This document shows, one piece after another, positions 26,181-41,931 of a stretch of DNA of 64,000 nt. The notes beneath the pieces were generated by a model. That model ran no database searches. It was not told the DNA's origin and saw nothing but the letters and a program-made list of their open reading frames with translations. Position 1 is the first letter of the stretch. Each line of letters starts with the position of its first letter. The translations under genes and the position numbers were made by a program. The DNA comes from the human T2T-CHM13v2.0 reference genome, Homo sapiens, in NCBI RefSeq assembly GCF_009914755.1, contig NC_060927.1. One strand, written 5' to 3'.

Positions 26181-28409
26181 TTCCTCCCCTTTCCCAGCAG
26201 TTCCTTATTTATCCAGACATTGAAACTGAAATGGCAAAGTCCATGTTAAAGGGACCATGCTCTTTACATATAAACAGAGATGATTGAAAGAATGGTTTTA
26301 TTGCTAGCTTGTGTTTACACCTGGTGGGACCTGTCTTGTGTCTCTCCCAGCACTTAGCATGGTTCCTGGGTCTCGGTAAGACCTCTGTAGGCTCTGACTA
26401 GGTACCTGGGTACTGTTGCGTTGTTCAAACCCTCCTGTTAGACATTTATTGTTGGGTTGTATGCAGGGGTGTGTGCTGGGCCCCTACCTGTTGGGCTGTG
26501 TAGAGGGCAGAAGGGTTCAGATAAATGAGCCAGAGAGATGGCATCTGGAAAAATGCCCTTCTGCTGCATCTTGGTATCCAGATCATTGGAATTGCCCTTC
26601 CCATAGGCTGGCAGGAATCCCAGTGAGCAGAGACTGAATCCACTTTCCCTAAGGAGCACTCCTGAAGTTCGATTAGTTGGGGAAGGTCGGAGGTGCACTG
26701 TCAGCTGCCTGCCAATGAGAGGGGAGAGTGGCTTAATTAAACCTAAAAATAAAGTTCGATTTAGATTGCTCTTGTAGGCAGAGGAAAGATAGATTGGCCA
26801 GGGCTAAGAATTTTGAGGCCATCTCCCTTGCATTTAACTTTGACCCCCCAAAACAACTGAGGTAAAATAAATTTTTTGGCACCAAGTAGGGAGTCAGATG
26901 TCCGTAATGCATTAGTTCTGGTTCAGCACGTTCAGGGAGTTGGTAATTAGTTACAGCCTTTTAAAAATCTCTCTTTAAACTCAAATGATGTGTGGCATTT
27001 GAGATTCAGAAAGGAGTTGATATGTACGTGCCCTTGAGCACAATCTCCTAGTGTTTAATAAATAGATATCCCTGGAATAGAACTTACATGATTAAGTTTA
27101 CAAGCTTTTTTTGTGCCCCCCAAATATGTAACTTTACTTGCTAAATTTAAAACTGTTGTAACAGTACTTGGTACCATGAGTCTTATACCCATTTACTAGA
27201 AGGTAACCTCAGCTGCCTTATTTTATGCAAGATAGTCTGGTTTTGGTAGTTCTACAGGAAGAGGGAAAATAAAAAGGAAAGGCAGACCTGAGCATATGTG
27301 ATATATTCTAAGTTTTCTCCTTTTTTCACATAAATGGCAAGATTGAGTTGATATTTGAACTAAGGCAAAAATTAGCTATCATCACCTGGACTTATAAATG
27401 GTACTCTTCAATAAAAAGAACAGGCCTCTATTTAAAGACAGATTGAAGTTCTCTTCAAATAAGCATTGTGATTTAACATTCCTTTGAAAGCAATGTATTG
27501 ATTATGGATATATAGAGTGAGTAGATGAAAATTTGATTAATGCTTGAAACAATTAAAACAATGATATTTGAATAGTTTTTGTTTTTTTTTTGGGGGGGGC
27601 AACGTACTTACTCGTCTAGTCTCTCTCCCAGGAATATGTTACAAATCATGTTTTATTATCATGAAATATTACTATCTTTGCCCCAGTTGATTCATTATTT
27701 GGGTGGGAACATAGTCAAGTCTCTGAACCAAAGAGGATATTGGAATCTTGTTGTAGTGACCACAGGAGTAAAGTTTGATTGATTAAGCTGTGGGAGGAGG
27801 AGAGAGAGTAATTTTAGTCTTAAAAATAGATACTCATCAGAGACAAAGAAAGGGCAATAGACCACAGTATTTAGGAGGGAAAGTTGAGTTACCTTTAGAG
27901 TCCTGAGGGACACATGTGTGATGAGAGAGAGAAATGAAGCAAGAGGTGAAAAATTCACAGAACAAAAATGTCGATTATTTTAAAAAGGCACAAGGAAAAG
28001 ACGGAGGGAGTGGTAGATGGGTCTTGTTTTTGGAGACTTCTTTTGAATAGAATGATCTGAATCTAAGGGGTCTGGAAAAAGTTCCAGGAGCTTAGATCCC
28101 TGGGAAGGGAGGGAATATCTAGGCAGTAGGTTTGCCCTCTATTTTAGACAGACCTTTCTGTAATAATTTAGCTTGATGTTTCCAAGAGAGAAGTAGTGGT
28201 GTGGTTATGGAGAAGTTAAAGTGCCTTCTGCATTAAGAGTTGGTGATTGTATGATTTGAGGTCTGCTGTTTACATAGAAGAAGCTGACAAGAAGAGGGAC
28301 TGCAAATTGAAGACAAGAGAGAGTTTAATAGGAAAGATTGGGCGTAGAGGAAATCCTGAAATTCTAACCACACCTGAGGGAAAAGAGCACAATAAAAAAG
28401 TAGATGACT

Positions 28410-28731
<322 letters not shown>

Positions 28732-31083
28732 TTAATTGCATAAACATTTCTTTGTTTGGTAAAATTTGCTTTTTTCTCAGGTTTAAAAATTAAATGATAA
28801 TGAATTAAAGACAAAAACACTGGCGTTATGATTAGGCAAGTGTAGCAGTGGTAGCTCAACGAACAGTCTGAATTGGAATCCCAAGGAATTTTGTTTTCTA
28901 TAATGCAAGATTTCAAAATTCAGGAATAGGTTTCTTCTTTGTGGAGAGTGGCAGAAGGAAGGATTAAAGACCCTAACATTTGGTCAGCCAAGAACACAGA
29001 ATCCAGAAGATGGGAAACATGGTTCAAGACTTACCTGTCAGCCAGGCAGCCCCTCTCTTGCCCTTTAAGACCCAAACTCCTCTCTGTCTGAGTTCCCTTC
29101 CTCTGCGGTCCCATTGGTCCTTTTCCTTAGCCTCCTTAGGGCTCCCTTAGGCTCCATACTGGAAGGGGACGGTCTTTGTGGCTTTTGAATGCCCTGGGTG
29201 TAACAGCTGCAAAATAATTAGCTCTTTAGGGCTGCAAAGACTAGCCTGCTCTAGGCATTTTCTTGGGTATTATATATTCAAAGAGGCTCTGTCTCTTCCC
29301 AAGTCTACTCAAAAGCATCCTTTTCTTATCTCACCTTAGATAGATGCTAGAGCGGTTGAGGGAATAGGAAGAAGTTCAGGGCCTACTGAGGCAGCGACTG
29401 AGCACTCCATATCCTCTCTGTGTGCATCAATCCCTGGGAGAGCTGGGGCAGCAAGGGGTCCACACATGGTCAAGCTGCTTGCAGTTTTCCAGATTGTGGT
29501 AGGCCTCCATTCTTTGTGCAATGTCATATACCCTCTGCCTGAGATGACCCCTTATCTCTGTGTCACACTCTTACTCATCCTTCACAGCTCTGCTCAGAAG
29601 TGCCTTTGTCTCTGGCAGTTGCTGACATAGGAAATAGATTCAGGACCATGCAGACCATTCTTTGAAAACATGCTTCGCAGTGGGTTCAAGGTCAGCAAAA
29701 TGTCAGACTTGATCAGTGTTGAGTAGGTGAATATGGCGTCCAAAGGCAAAATCATTTCTTATTTTTAAATAAAATGGCAGAGCTACTGTGAATATTTTCC
29801 ATCATGAATAAAATTACCTTTTTGGCAATTGCCAAATTTGCAAATTAATTCAAAGTTTGAAACTTTTAAAATGCTGCAGCAAATCGTTTATTGCTTGAAC
29901 CAGTGTGATAGATCTGAGTGAACATTTTTGTTGCTGTTAATTTAAATTCTAAAACCTGTACTTTATGAAAACCAGTAACAGCGGAAAGAGATACTTTTAG
30001 TTCTTCTTTCCTATATGAACAAAATATAATTCCCTCACACAAACAACTTTTGTAAGGGAGGATTGTAGGGCATGGTTGGGGGAGGTTGGAACTGTAAAAT
30101 AGCCTCCAGATTCATTGAGAAGCTAAAAAAAAAAAATGGTTTGCTAGGGAAAAATAATCACCAGCTATGTCCCTGGATCAAATGTGTGGATACTTCCAAA
30201 GATATACATTCACCTAATTGTGGAAAAGGAGAAGCTGATAATCTTGCTCAGCTCAACAACACTTCCTTTTTATTCTAAGGTTTTGTTCTCTTGGCTACCC
30301 AGATGTTTCTCATTTTTCCAGATGTGTTTATATGTTTGCAAGTTTCTGAGGCTGTGCTGATGAATGGAGTTTTTATTGAATTTTTATGTAGCTTTCAGAT
30401 AGTAAAAATGTGCTTAAGCTTCTTCAACATGGCCCCTACCCCCAGCCTGGGTCTTGCCTGAGGAGACTTCTTATTCTGTCTGGGTATCCTCAGGGTTTCC
30501 CTGGCCTGTGTGTGCCTCCAGATGCTACTATAATTAAGATATTTGCAAAGAGGAAAAATGGCATTTGTGAATGTAGCAGGAGGATCATGAGCTGCTGGAC
30601 TCATTGTTGTTGGTCTTCTCCTTTGATGTAAGAATTGATCGAGGAGAGGCTGTCCTCCCTGAGTGCTCTCATTGTGCCATCCTGTACAGAGACACATGTT
30701 TACTTTCAGATTGCATTTAAGACCTTTGGATGCTTGGGAGGTTTTTCAGGGTTATAGCTATGTTGCTGCATTTTGAAAATGGAGTTATAATCAATAATGG
30801 GTAGAAGTGAAAGAGCCCTTCCTCTGATCCCCAGTTATTCTCCAGGGGTAGACTGAGCACTCACTCTGTGTGCCAAGTGCAGGGCTGGTCCTGGGGCTGA
30901 CAACCGAGGGGAGAGGTAGACACCTTTCTTAAGCCATGGAATGTTGATTCTAAGTGTGAGAACTCTGTTGTTAAGAGAGAGAACATGGCTTTTTCATTGA
31001 TTATCTAATGGCTTTTTTCCCTAAAATCTGATGGCTATATGGAGTTCCCATTTTTAAAATTTTCCTCTGTGTTATTATCTAAG

Positions 31084-31127
31084 GAGAGAGAGAGAGAGAG
31101 AGAGACAGAGAGAGAAGAGAGAGAAAG
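31084..31127. repeat. (GA)n microsatellite
   Basis: Imperfect GA run. Confidence 0.9.
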
Positions 31128-31221
31128 TAGACAAAACTCTGACTTGTGACCATATCTCTCAAGTCTATTATACCATGTCATCATGGTATACTGTGTCATG
31201 TATGGATAGAAAGAATAGTGA

Positions 31222-31527
31222 GACCAGGCACGGTGGCTCACACCTGTAATCCCAGCACTTTGGGAGGCTGAGGCAGGCAGATCATTTGAGGTCAGGAGTT
31301 AAAGACCAGCCTGACCAACATGGTGAAACCCCATCTCTACTAAAAATACAAAAAAAAAAAAAAGGCCAGGCATGGTGGCACATGCCTGTAGTCCCAGCTA
31401 CTTGGGAGGCTGAGCCAAGAAAATCGCTCAAACCCAGGAGGCGGAGGTTGTAGTGGGCCAAGATCGCATTCACTGCACTCCAGCCTGGGCGACAGAGTGA
31501 GACTCCATCTCAAAAAAAAAAAAAAAA
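31222..31527 (+). mobile_element. AluS
   Basis: Full-length; TSD aaagaatagtga on both sides. Confidence 0.95.
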
Positions 31528-31637
31528 GAATAGTGAAAATATTAAACAGAGGTGGACATGATGACATATAGGGGAAGATAGAAGGTTGGATCTGTGGAGA
31601 AAAGTATTTTAACATTTAAATGTCTATGTGATGCAAG

Positions 31638-31938
31638 TTTTTTGTTTTTGCTTTCTGAAACAGAGTCTCGCTTTGTCACCCAGGCTGGTGTGATGCAATC
31701 TCGGCTCACTGCAACCTCTGCCTCCTGGGGTCAAGTGATTCTCATGCCTCCACTTCCCAAGGAGCTGAGATTGCAGGCAGGCATGCACCACCACACCCAG
31801 CTAACTTTCTTACTTTTAGTAGAGATGGGGTTTCGCCAAGTTGGCCAGGCTGGTTTCAAACTTTTGGCCTCAAGTGATCCGCCTGCCTCCACCTCTCAAA
31901 GTGCTGGGATTACAGGCGTTGAGTCACCATGCCCAGCC
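31638..31938 (-). mobile_element. Alu (S/J)
   Basis: Full-length antisense; TSD tgatgcaag at 31629 and 31941. Confidence 0.93.
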
Positions 31939-32112
31939 CCTGATGCAAGCTTTTAATTGGTGAACAACTTAGGTTCAGAGAAAATAAGTGACCTGCCCAA
32001 AAACAAATATGGGGGGGATTTGGAATTTGAATCATGTGTGCGTGATTGCAAAGTGTGATGTTTATACTGCATTCTGGCTGCCTCCTTTTGTGTCTCATTT
32101 ATGCAAAACAGA

Positions 32113-32117
<5 letters not shown>

Positions 32118-32142
<25 letters not shown>
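32118..32142. repeat. (CA)n microsatellite
   Basis: CA run. Confidence 0.95.
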
Positions 32143-32143
<1 letters not shown>

Positions 32144-32293
32144 CACAAAACCCTAGTAATGTCATGATAACAAAAGTATTTAAATATAAATATGAGAAGG
32201 AAACAGAGGCATAATTATATGCAGACTTAAAGTTCTTCTTTATGTTGTATATCATTAGAACGTTGAGAATGAAATCAATAAGGAATAGAATTA

Positions 32294-32575
32294 GCCCGGG
32301 CGTGGTGGCTCACGCCTGTAATCCCAGCACTTTGGGAGGTCAAGGCGAGTGGATCATTTGAGCCAGGAGTTTGAGACCAGCCTGGCCAACATGACGAAAC
32401 CCTGTCTCTACTAAAAATATAAAAATTAGCCAGGTATGGTGGTGCAGGCCTATAATCTCAGCTACTTGGGAGGCTGAGGCACAAGAATCGCTTGAGCTGC
32501 AGTGAGCTGAGATGGTGCCACTACACTCCAGCCTGGGTGACAGAGTAAAACTCTGACTCAAAAAAGAAAAAAGAA
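32294..32575 (+). mobile_element. AluS with a short right-arm deletion
   Basis: gaatcgcttgagctgcagtgagc lacks the acccgggaggcggag segment; TSD aataaggaatagaatta on both sides. Confidence 0.93.
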
Positions 32576-33354
32576 ATTAATAAGGAATAGAATTAAAGAA
32601 TTACAAGTTCAAAAAGTGAGTATAGTGAATGCCTTCAGAATGGCCTTTAAATATACTCTATTTTATAAATACATCTGGAAAGCTACATCTGGAAAGGAAG
32701 ATTAAAATCTAATCTTCCCACAAGGTCATCAGTGTGATTCCCAAGCAGTAGGCTTGGGCTGAGCACTGCTTGGAGAGATCAAGTGGAGACTTGGTGTGTT
32801 CTTACCATCCCACCACCCACTGCCTTCTCTGAAGTCGAGTCAGTCTTGATGACGTCTCTGAAGCTGAGCTATTAATTTTAACTTCTGAGTTGATTAAATT
32901 TTATGACAAAACAGCACAGTGAAAATAGGAAAAGCAAAAATTGGATCTTGGTTATCTTGCAAAAGCAACTAGATAAAGATTCTCATAAACAAACCAATAT
33001 AGATTGTATCCTCTTCCCCTTCATTCACACCCCCTCTACAAAGTTTCTCACTGACAGGAATAAAAAGGAATGAGATATAACTAGAAATTCACTTCTGAAA
33101 TGGAACACTCAGCATCACAGTAGTAATGAACTTCATAAATGCCACCATCCTTCTGCAGCCTCAAGTTACTAGGAGAGAACTTGCCTGAGATGGCAGCTCC
33201 CCACAGATAGAGGTGTGAGTTCTCTCTTTCCCTAGGTAAGAGGTCTTGGAGCTAGCTTCTCTGTATGGACTGCCTTGCTATGTCTGGAAATAAAAACACA
33301 AAAACCAGATATACAGACAAAAACTTTCAATGTGGGCTTGGTCAGCAGTAGGAA

Positions 33355-33585
33355 GTAGTGATTACAAGCATGGATTTGGAGTTCAATGCACCAGCATTTG
33401 ATTCCAGGCCTTGCTACTTGTTAGCCCTGTGACAGTGGACAAGCTCTCCAGGAGTAGTTTCTTTGACTATAAAATGGAAATTACCAATACTTAGGTCAAA
33501 GGTGGCGAGCATTGAAATAATGCATACAATACACACAGCATGGTACTTGGTGCAGGGAAAGCGACCCTCCAGTGTTCACTGTCAT
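33355..33585 (+). mobile_element. MIR SINE
   Basis: gtagtgattacaagcatggatttggag...tgtgacagtggacaag...tataaaatgg. Confidence 0.65.
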
Positions 33586-33624
33586 GCTTCCCCTTCTTCC
33601 TTTCTTAGGAGAACTATTGCCATC

Positions 33625-34386
<762 letters not shown>

Positions 34387-35202
34387 AACACCACCTTTAT
34401 TTTAGGCTGGAGGGAGCCTTGGCTTCATTCTGGATCAAGCACATCATCTGAAGTTACCTGTTTTGCCAGCTGCTGTGTCTTCTCCTGAGTGGACACTGCA
34501 GACAATGCTAACATTTGCTTATTGATTACTTCACTGGGCTTGTTCTGTCTTATTTTCCCTTGGTGCATTTCCCCTTGGTGCAGTTTGAATAGATAGTGTA
34601 GATATCTGATCAAATGGCAGGAGACACTCTGACCTTTCACATTTCCTGAGAAGCCCAGGAGACAGCGTACAAAATTAAAAACCATTATTAAACGTTTGTC
34701 ATGTTAAAAAAAAATCCCATGTTAAGAAGTTCTCAAGTGAACACAAATTGTGAGAGCAGCCCAGTGGGTCCAGCAGGTTTAGGGTTGGCTGGGCTGGCTG
34801 GTGTGATTCTCAGTCATATAAGAGGAGGGTCTACAAAGTCGCCTCCCTCTTCAATCTCGTTTACATAATGCATGCATCCCACTGCTTGGAGTGCAGGAAA
34901 CTGTGGAAACATGTGTTTACCTTCAAATTCAGCAAGACATGAAAACCCTGACTTTGATTAAATGTCACCTTACAATCTATCAACTCCTGCATGTGCGTCT
35001 TGGCAGCTGAGACAAATATGGAAAATGACGAGGCTCCAGAGAACAAAAGCCTGTGGGGCATATTTCTGAGGGTGGTTCAACAGCCGAAAAATGCAGAGGG
35101 ATGGACTTCCTGAGGCCAGAAGGTCATGGACTAGCTCTGAAAATGAGAATGAATGAAATCAACAACAAGAAAAAGAAAAACCGTTCAATTGAATGAATGA
35201 AT

Positions 35203-35423
35203 CGGAGGTCCTCAAAGTTTTTCTGCAAAGTGCCAGATAGTGTTTTAGGCTTTACAGGTGATTGCAGTCTGTGTTGCAGTTACTTAAGTCTGCTACTGTA
35301 GCATTAAAGCAGTCATAGACAACATGTAAATGAATGGGCATAGCAGTTTTCCAATAAAACTTTATTTGCAAAAACTGGCAGTGGGCCAGATTTGGCTTGT
35401 GGGCTATAGTTTGCCAATCCCTG
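35203..35423 (-). mobile_element. MER58A (hAT-Charlie MITE), full length
   Basis: ccaataaaactttatttgcaaaaac...agtttgccaatccctg; 8-bp TSD gaatgaat/gagtgaat. Confidence 0.88.
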
Positions 35424-36064
35424 GAGTGAATCAGTCAGTCAATCTGATTACTTTCCTTCTGAATGCCTTTTTCTAGAAGCTGTATATTACAGTGACTAAG
35501 AAACAGATCCTGGGGAAAATACACCTGCCTTCAAATCCTGCTGTTGCTCTTGACTAGCAATGTAATCTTAACCTCCGTTGTCTCATCTGGGAAAATAATA
35601 TACCACCTATAATGTGCTCAGCATTGTGGCTGACATCGTCCCTACCTAGTAACTGTTCATGGCTAGCTATTAGTACAGACAACTGCAGGAAGACTTCTTG
35701 TTCATAGAGACCACCCCTGGTCATTTTGTGTTTTGGGAGTTGTTTTCTTTGGCTATCACCTGATTCCTTCCTCCACCTCATCAGGTGAAAATCATCACTC
35801 ATCTGTGCTTTCCTACTATAATCATTAACTTATATACACATGTGCCTCCTTGTAGACTGTGGGGTGCTCATGGGCAAGGACAACCCTTATGCTTCTGTAC
35901 CCTATTCCTGCACCTGCCCTGAAAGGGGATCAGTAGGTGTTTGCTGCATTACATGGCTTTTACAGAAATACTTTTACCATTGCAGTTTGAATTGTCTCGA
36001 TTCTCATAGCAGGACTGTGTTAATACAAATAATGAAATAGAGCAATCTCCCTATCTAGCTAGAC

Positions 36065-36272
36065 CATGGTTTGCTAAAATACAATCTGTGGGCCAAGTCT
36101 GGCCTGCTGCCTATTGATATAAATAAAGTTTTATTGGAACACAGCCATGCCCATTCATTTACATATTGTCTGTGGCTGCTTTTTCACTATGTGGCTGAGT
36201 TGAATAGTTGCAACAGAGACCAAATGGCGCACAAAGCCTAAAATATTTAGAGATAAAGCTTGCTGACCCCTG
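36065..36272 (+). mobile_element. MER58A, opposite orientation
   Basis: aaataaagttttattggaacacagccatgcccattcatttacatattgtc...tgctgacccctg. Confidence 0.9.
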
Positions 36273-36524
36273 AACTAACAACCTCTTCAATAGTACTCTG
36301 ACTAGCACTTGTCATTAAACTACAGATGGTTCAGATTTTTGCAGGAAGGATATAAATTTGTTAGTCTATCTCAAGATTCATGGTCAAAGGTTAAAGTAAT
36401 GTTAAGACTGAATCTACAAAACAACAGGAGGTAAGAGAAAGAAAACAGGTGTACGTTTGAATGTCTTCCCAATTCACAGTGTAGTAGGTTTTAGATACTC
36501 TATAATTTAGGCTTAGTACATGGC

Positions 36525-36977
36525 TATGTTTCCCAAACTGTGGGCCGAGGTACCCTTTGGTATGCAGCAAAATCACCAGGGCTCTGCAGAATATTTTACA
36601 TTTCCAATGAAAGCACAGCTTAGCAACACTATTTGACATCTCATGAATTAGTAATTTCAGTGGATTATGCTTTCTCCTTTTAGTGATGTCATAGCTCTGT
36701 GAAGATGGCTTTTTGGCAATTGCTGTGATTAAAAAAACAAGTATTATGGAAAAATTAATGTGGAATAGGAAATGAGGGTTGGTGTCCAGTCTGATTTCAA
36801 GGCTCGAGAATTTATGCCTGATCTATCAGGTGTAAATATGGTTAAGGGTGATATAAAATATTGTTAGTTTTTCAAATGCCTATTGAGTTGTCAGGGCATA
36901 ACTACTTAATAAAAAGGGCTGTTAGACATTTGTTTTGACCCGGAGTCATTGTAAATCAAGAAAAATTTGGAAGCTTG
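36525..36977 (+). mobile_element. Charlie4a-like hAT fossil
   Basis: ttcccaaactgtg...ttgctgtgattaaaaaaacaagta...aatgtggaataggaaatgagggt...ctacttaataaa. Confidence 0.75.
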
Positions 36978-36995
36978 GATATATGGTCTCTATAG

Positions 36996-37398
<403 letters not shown>

Positions 37399-38566
37399 AA
37401 ATTTTTACTTTTCTTGGGACAAATTTTTCTAAGTTTTTTTTAAGGAAATAAAACTTCTAGTAGATAGAAGGGGAAACAGGAAATTGATCTTCTGAAAGCT
37501 AGGTGGTTGATATGCCCAAAAGTTTTGAAATAGACTATCTAAACCAAAAGGAATCACTTGGGTTCAGCTATTTCAGTAAAGGATAATTGAATACTTATTG
37601 CATGTTGGAGACACAACACTGAACAGAGAGGCATGTGTTTGCAGGAATCATGGAAAGAATCATTTTGACATAGCAACTTGGCTTTCTAAACCCTTGTGAG
37701 TCCCATATCTGGCTGAATTTGATTTTCAAAGGAGGTATTTAGTGCAGAGCTTTGCAAGCTCCTCTTCCTAATAAATCACATTGGTGTTAGATATATGCTG
37801 TCACTAGAACGACTTTATTACTGAGAATGATTCTTCTGCATACAGACTTCAGACAGGTACCCTTTGTCTCAAAGACACCTTAGCCAACAGGTTTTTTTTG
37901 TTTTGTTTTGTTTTTAAACTCATGAGTAGAACTCTGTGAATCTACTTGTCTTTGCGTCGTTATTAACCAGAATGTTCTTACTTAGTGATATTATTTCCTT
38001 CTCCCGGTTTTATTATCTTTCATGTTGTATAAGCAACATCACATGTTTTATTATTTAAAAGAATCACACTGGCCTTTAAAAACAGAAGAAAAGAATTAGC
38101 AGGTGAATAGCAAACATGACTCTTTGTCCCCAAGAGCATGAAGCTCTTATTTCTTACTTTGTATTAATTGGTCAGATATTCATTTTAAATGTCCTGTGTC
38201 TCCCAAATTACCTACTGATATTAGCTCAAATAGAAGCCATTTGTATCTATAAGGAGTCCCTAATTTATTTCCTTCTTTTTTTCCTTGTCTCCATACTCAT
38301 TTTTTATTTGTTACCTTTTTCACTTTCTCTTTTTCCTGTGCCTTTTTTCCTATGAATGTTATGAAGGACAGGAAGGAAGGATAAAGGGAGTGAAGGAATG
38401 AATGAACAAATGAAGGAGGGAAGGAAAGGAGAAGAAAGGTAGATTATTGAGTGAGGTTTCTATTCGCATCCTTTCTCCTGCTTGGCCGAGTATACTTTAC
38501 TTCTCCAAAACTCAATATTTAGGTCTGCATTATGATGACAGTGAAATGGGCTCTGAGGACAGTTGT

Positions 38567-39055
<489 letters not shown>

Positions 39056-39074
39056 GTGATGGTCGCTGAAACCA

Positions 39075-40441
39075 GCAGTTCATTTTCAGTGTTTCTTCTG
39101 CTTCACTTAGCAGCAGCATTTAACACAGTCGATCTCGCCCTCTCCTTGATTTTCTTGGCTGCCAGGATACTGAGGCCTGTTGGTTTCATTCCTCTCACGA
39201 GCCTCTTCTCAGCCTTCTTTTGGTTCCCGCTCAGTTCTTCCAGCCTACATGCTCCAGGCACAGTGCTTATTGCTACTTTCTCCTCTATCCACATTTATTC
39301 CCAGGGATGGTGTGATCTGGTCCAGGCCCATTTCTTTCAATTCCATCTACATGTTGACAGCCCCCAGATGTGTATCTCCAGGACAGACCTCTTTCCTGAA
39401 GCTCAGACTTGTGCATCAAATTGCCTCCCTGCATCTCTGCCTGGATGTCTAATGGGCATCTCAGACTTCTCTTGTCCAAAGTTCAGCTCCTCAACTACCT
39501 CCCCAACTGGTTCTTCCCTCAGCCACCCCCAGTGTGTTCGAGAGCAAAACCCTCCTTCTCACTGCACAGATCAGCAGCTTGAAGTCATCCTTGAAGACTC
39601 TTTCTCTCTTAACCCTCAACAAGTGAATTAGTCAATCCTCGTGGCTCTACCTCCAGATATGCCGACTCTGACACACACACACACACACCCTACCCACTGG
39701 TCTGGTCACATGAACACTACACTAGCCTCCTAACTAGTCTCCCTGCCTCTTTGACACCCCTTCCCCTATAATCTGTTTTCAGCACAACAGCCAGAGTGAT
39801 TTGTTTAAAATGCATGTTAGCTCATGTTTCTCCTCTGCTCAGTCCTCTGGTGGCTTCCATTTTCTCCAAGTAGAAGCTAGTTCCTTAGAAAAAACCCATG
39901 TCTCTTTCCTTTCATTCATGTGTCTCCAGCCTGGACAACCTCCTTACAACTCCTGAGACAAGCAGGCACTCTCCTGCCTCTACAACTTTGCACTGGTTGT
40001 ATCATCTGCTTGGGACATTTTTCCCTAGATATCTGCACATCCAACTATCTCATCTCCTTTAAGTCTGCCCACTTGTCACTTTCTCTGTAACATCTACCAT
40101 GATGACCCACCACGCCCAGCCAGTAATATTAATTTCTATTGATCTTGTCATCAGATTTATTTTTCTCTCCTCTCCACTAACTCTAGTTCTGTCCATTGAC
40201 TCTGGTTCTAAAACTCCAAATGCTTCTCAATTTGCTTAATTTTTTTTCCCATAGTAATTTTCCTTACTACTTTCTTACATACTTTATAATTTACTTATTT
40301 ATAGTGTTCATTGTTCCTCTCCAATAGACCGTTTGCACACAGGGATGGGGATCTTTGTAGCTTATTCACTGATTAAGTCCTAAATACTCATAACAGGGCC
40401 CAGCACAAAGTAAATATTCAATAAATATCTGCTGAATGAAT
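39075..40441 (+). mobile_element. L2a 3' portion (ORF2 end + 3'UTR)
   Basis: agcagcatttaacacagtcgatc, ctggatgtctaatgggcatctcagact, terminus attcaataaatatctgctgaatgaat. Confidence 0.85.
40107..40180 (+). repeat. Dispersed copy of 42212-42281 (Alu 5' end + TSD + flank)
   Basis: First 31 bp identical; overall 5 mismatches and one 4-bp indel. Confidence 0.92.
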
Positions 40442-41931
40442 CATTATCATCATCATCATCATTACTTTTATCTCATTTGTGTGAACTGCTTATTTTTACC
40501 TATATTTTCCATGGAGTATGTTATCTGGCTAGTGGTATTTGTATTGAATAGCTATGGTTTTTGACAGTTAACTAGACTAAATATCCTTTTATTCTGGGTG
40601 GCCTGTGATTTGATAACAGAATTGTATCTGACTGAAGAACCAGTATGGATCCTGCAATTTGGGAGAATGTTATTTCACAGATAGAATTTATTTGTTAAAA
40701 TATGACAAATAGGTTTTGTGCAGTTTGATTACTTTGTTTTCCCTTTTCATTTCTCCTGTGTCTAGAATAAGAAGGGAAAACCTTACACTCATGCTAGAAG
40801 GATTTAGGCTAGTCTTCTGGGAAAGTCACCTCTGAGGGGTAGTGCAGCAAAGCCCCACTCAATCGAGGGCTGTCTTTTTACCCTATGATTGATTATTCTA
40901 TTATTCTATTTTATGGTGGTGTGTGGCCTACAAATGGCAAGGAAGTATGAAGTTTTTTGGTTGAGCTTTTCTCTGATTGTGTGTGCGTGTGTCTGTGTGT
41001 GTTTGAAGATGCCTTTAGAAGATGTTAGCTGTCTACTCTAATGGGGTTGGGCTTTGTCAGTTCTTAGGAGAAGAGGCCTGGTTCCCAACCCGCCAGAGCC
41101 TTCTACCACCCATGATGGCTCACCCCTGTGTGAAAGAAAACGAAGCTACGCTGCAGAGTTTTATGTGCCTTTGAACACTCAGGCCATGGAAATAGCCTTT
41201 CTCTTGGCTAACAGTGTGGCCCTACATTGCACTGACTCTTCTGCTCCCCTCCCCAAGATATTCTGGTCAAATTTCAGCAGCAGCCAGGCTCTTTGCTACC
41301 AGGGGACTTCCCAATGGCTCGAAGACTCCATACAAACAGCTGATATGTGTAATCAACAAAGGAACATATTGTGGTGACTCACTTGCTTAGTTTCCAGCTG
41401 CACATCCAGGCAATATTCAGTCAATGAGGAGAGAAAGAGAGGGGCAGTGATGGAAGACTGACTGTATTTAAATCACTTGCCTAGAGGAGGTTATCAGAAT
41501 GCCAAAAAAAAGGTGCCGAAAGTATATTGCCAGCAGACAGCTTAGAAAGAAAAGTAATTATAATACTCTCTAATTCAAAATCCTTAGTTTATTAACATGA
41601 AAATGAGCAAGTGCTGAATTCCTTCAGACCCCAGTGGCTTGGAGAGGAGCCAGCTCTGGGGCCTATGTGAGTGAGGATGTGTTGCTGTATTTTCCTGTAG
41701 GACAGAGTTTTTAATTTATCTATTGTGTGCTTAGTAAAATGTTCACATTTGCAGTATTTCATTTATTTGTCTTTTCAGCTTCAGGAAATTAAAGAGAATG
41801 CAGTGGATGCCTTCACCAATTGTTCTTTATCTTTTAATTTTGACTCTGTGAATAGCCCTCAAGTTGTCACAATGTCATTTATTACAAACAGCTGATAACT
41901 AGTTAAAGTAATTAATAATATTAATTTCTTT

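Noticed and set aside
27700-28400. Purine-rich segment that looks like an old repeat
   Set aside because: Could not assign a family from memory; left unannotated pending a Dfam search.
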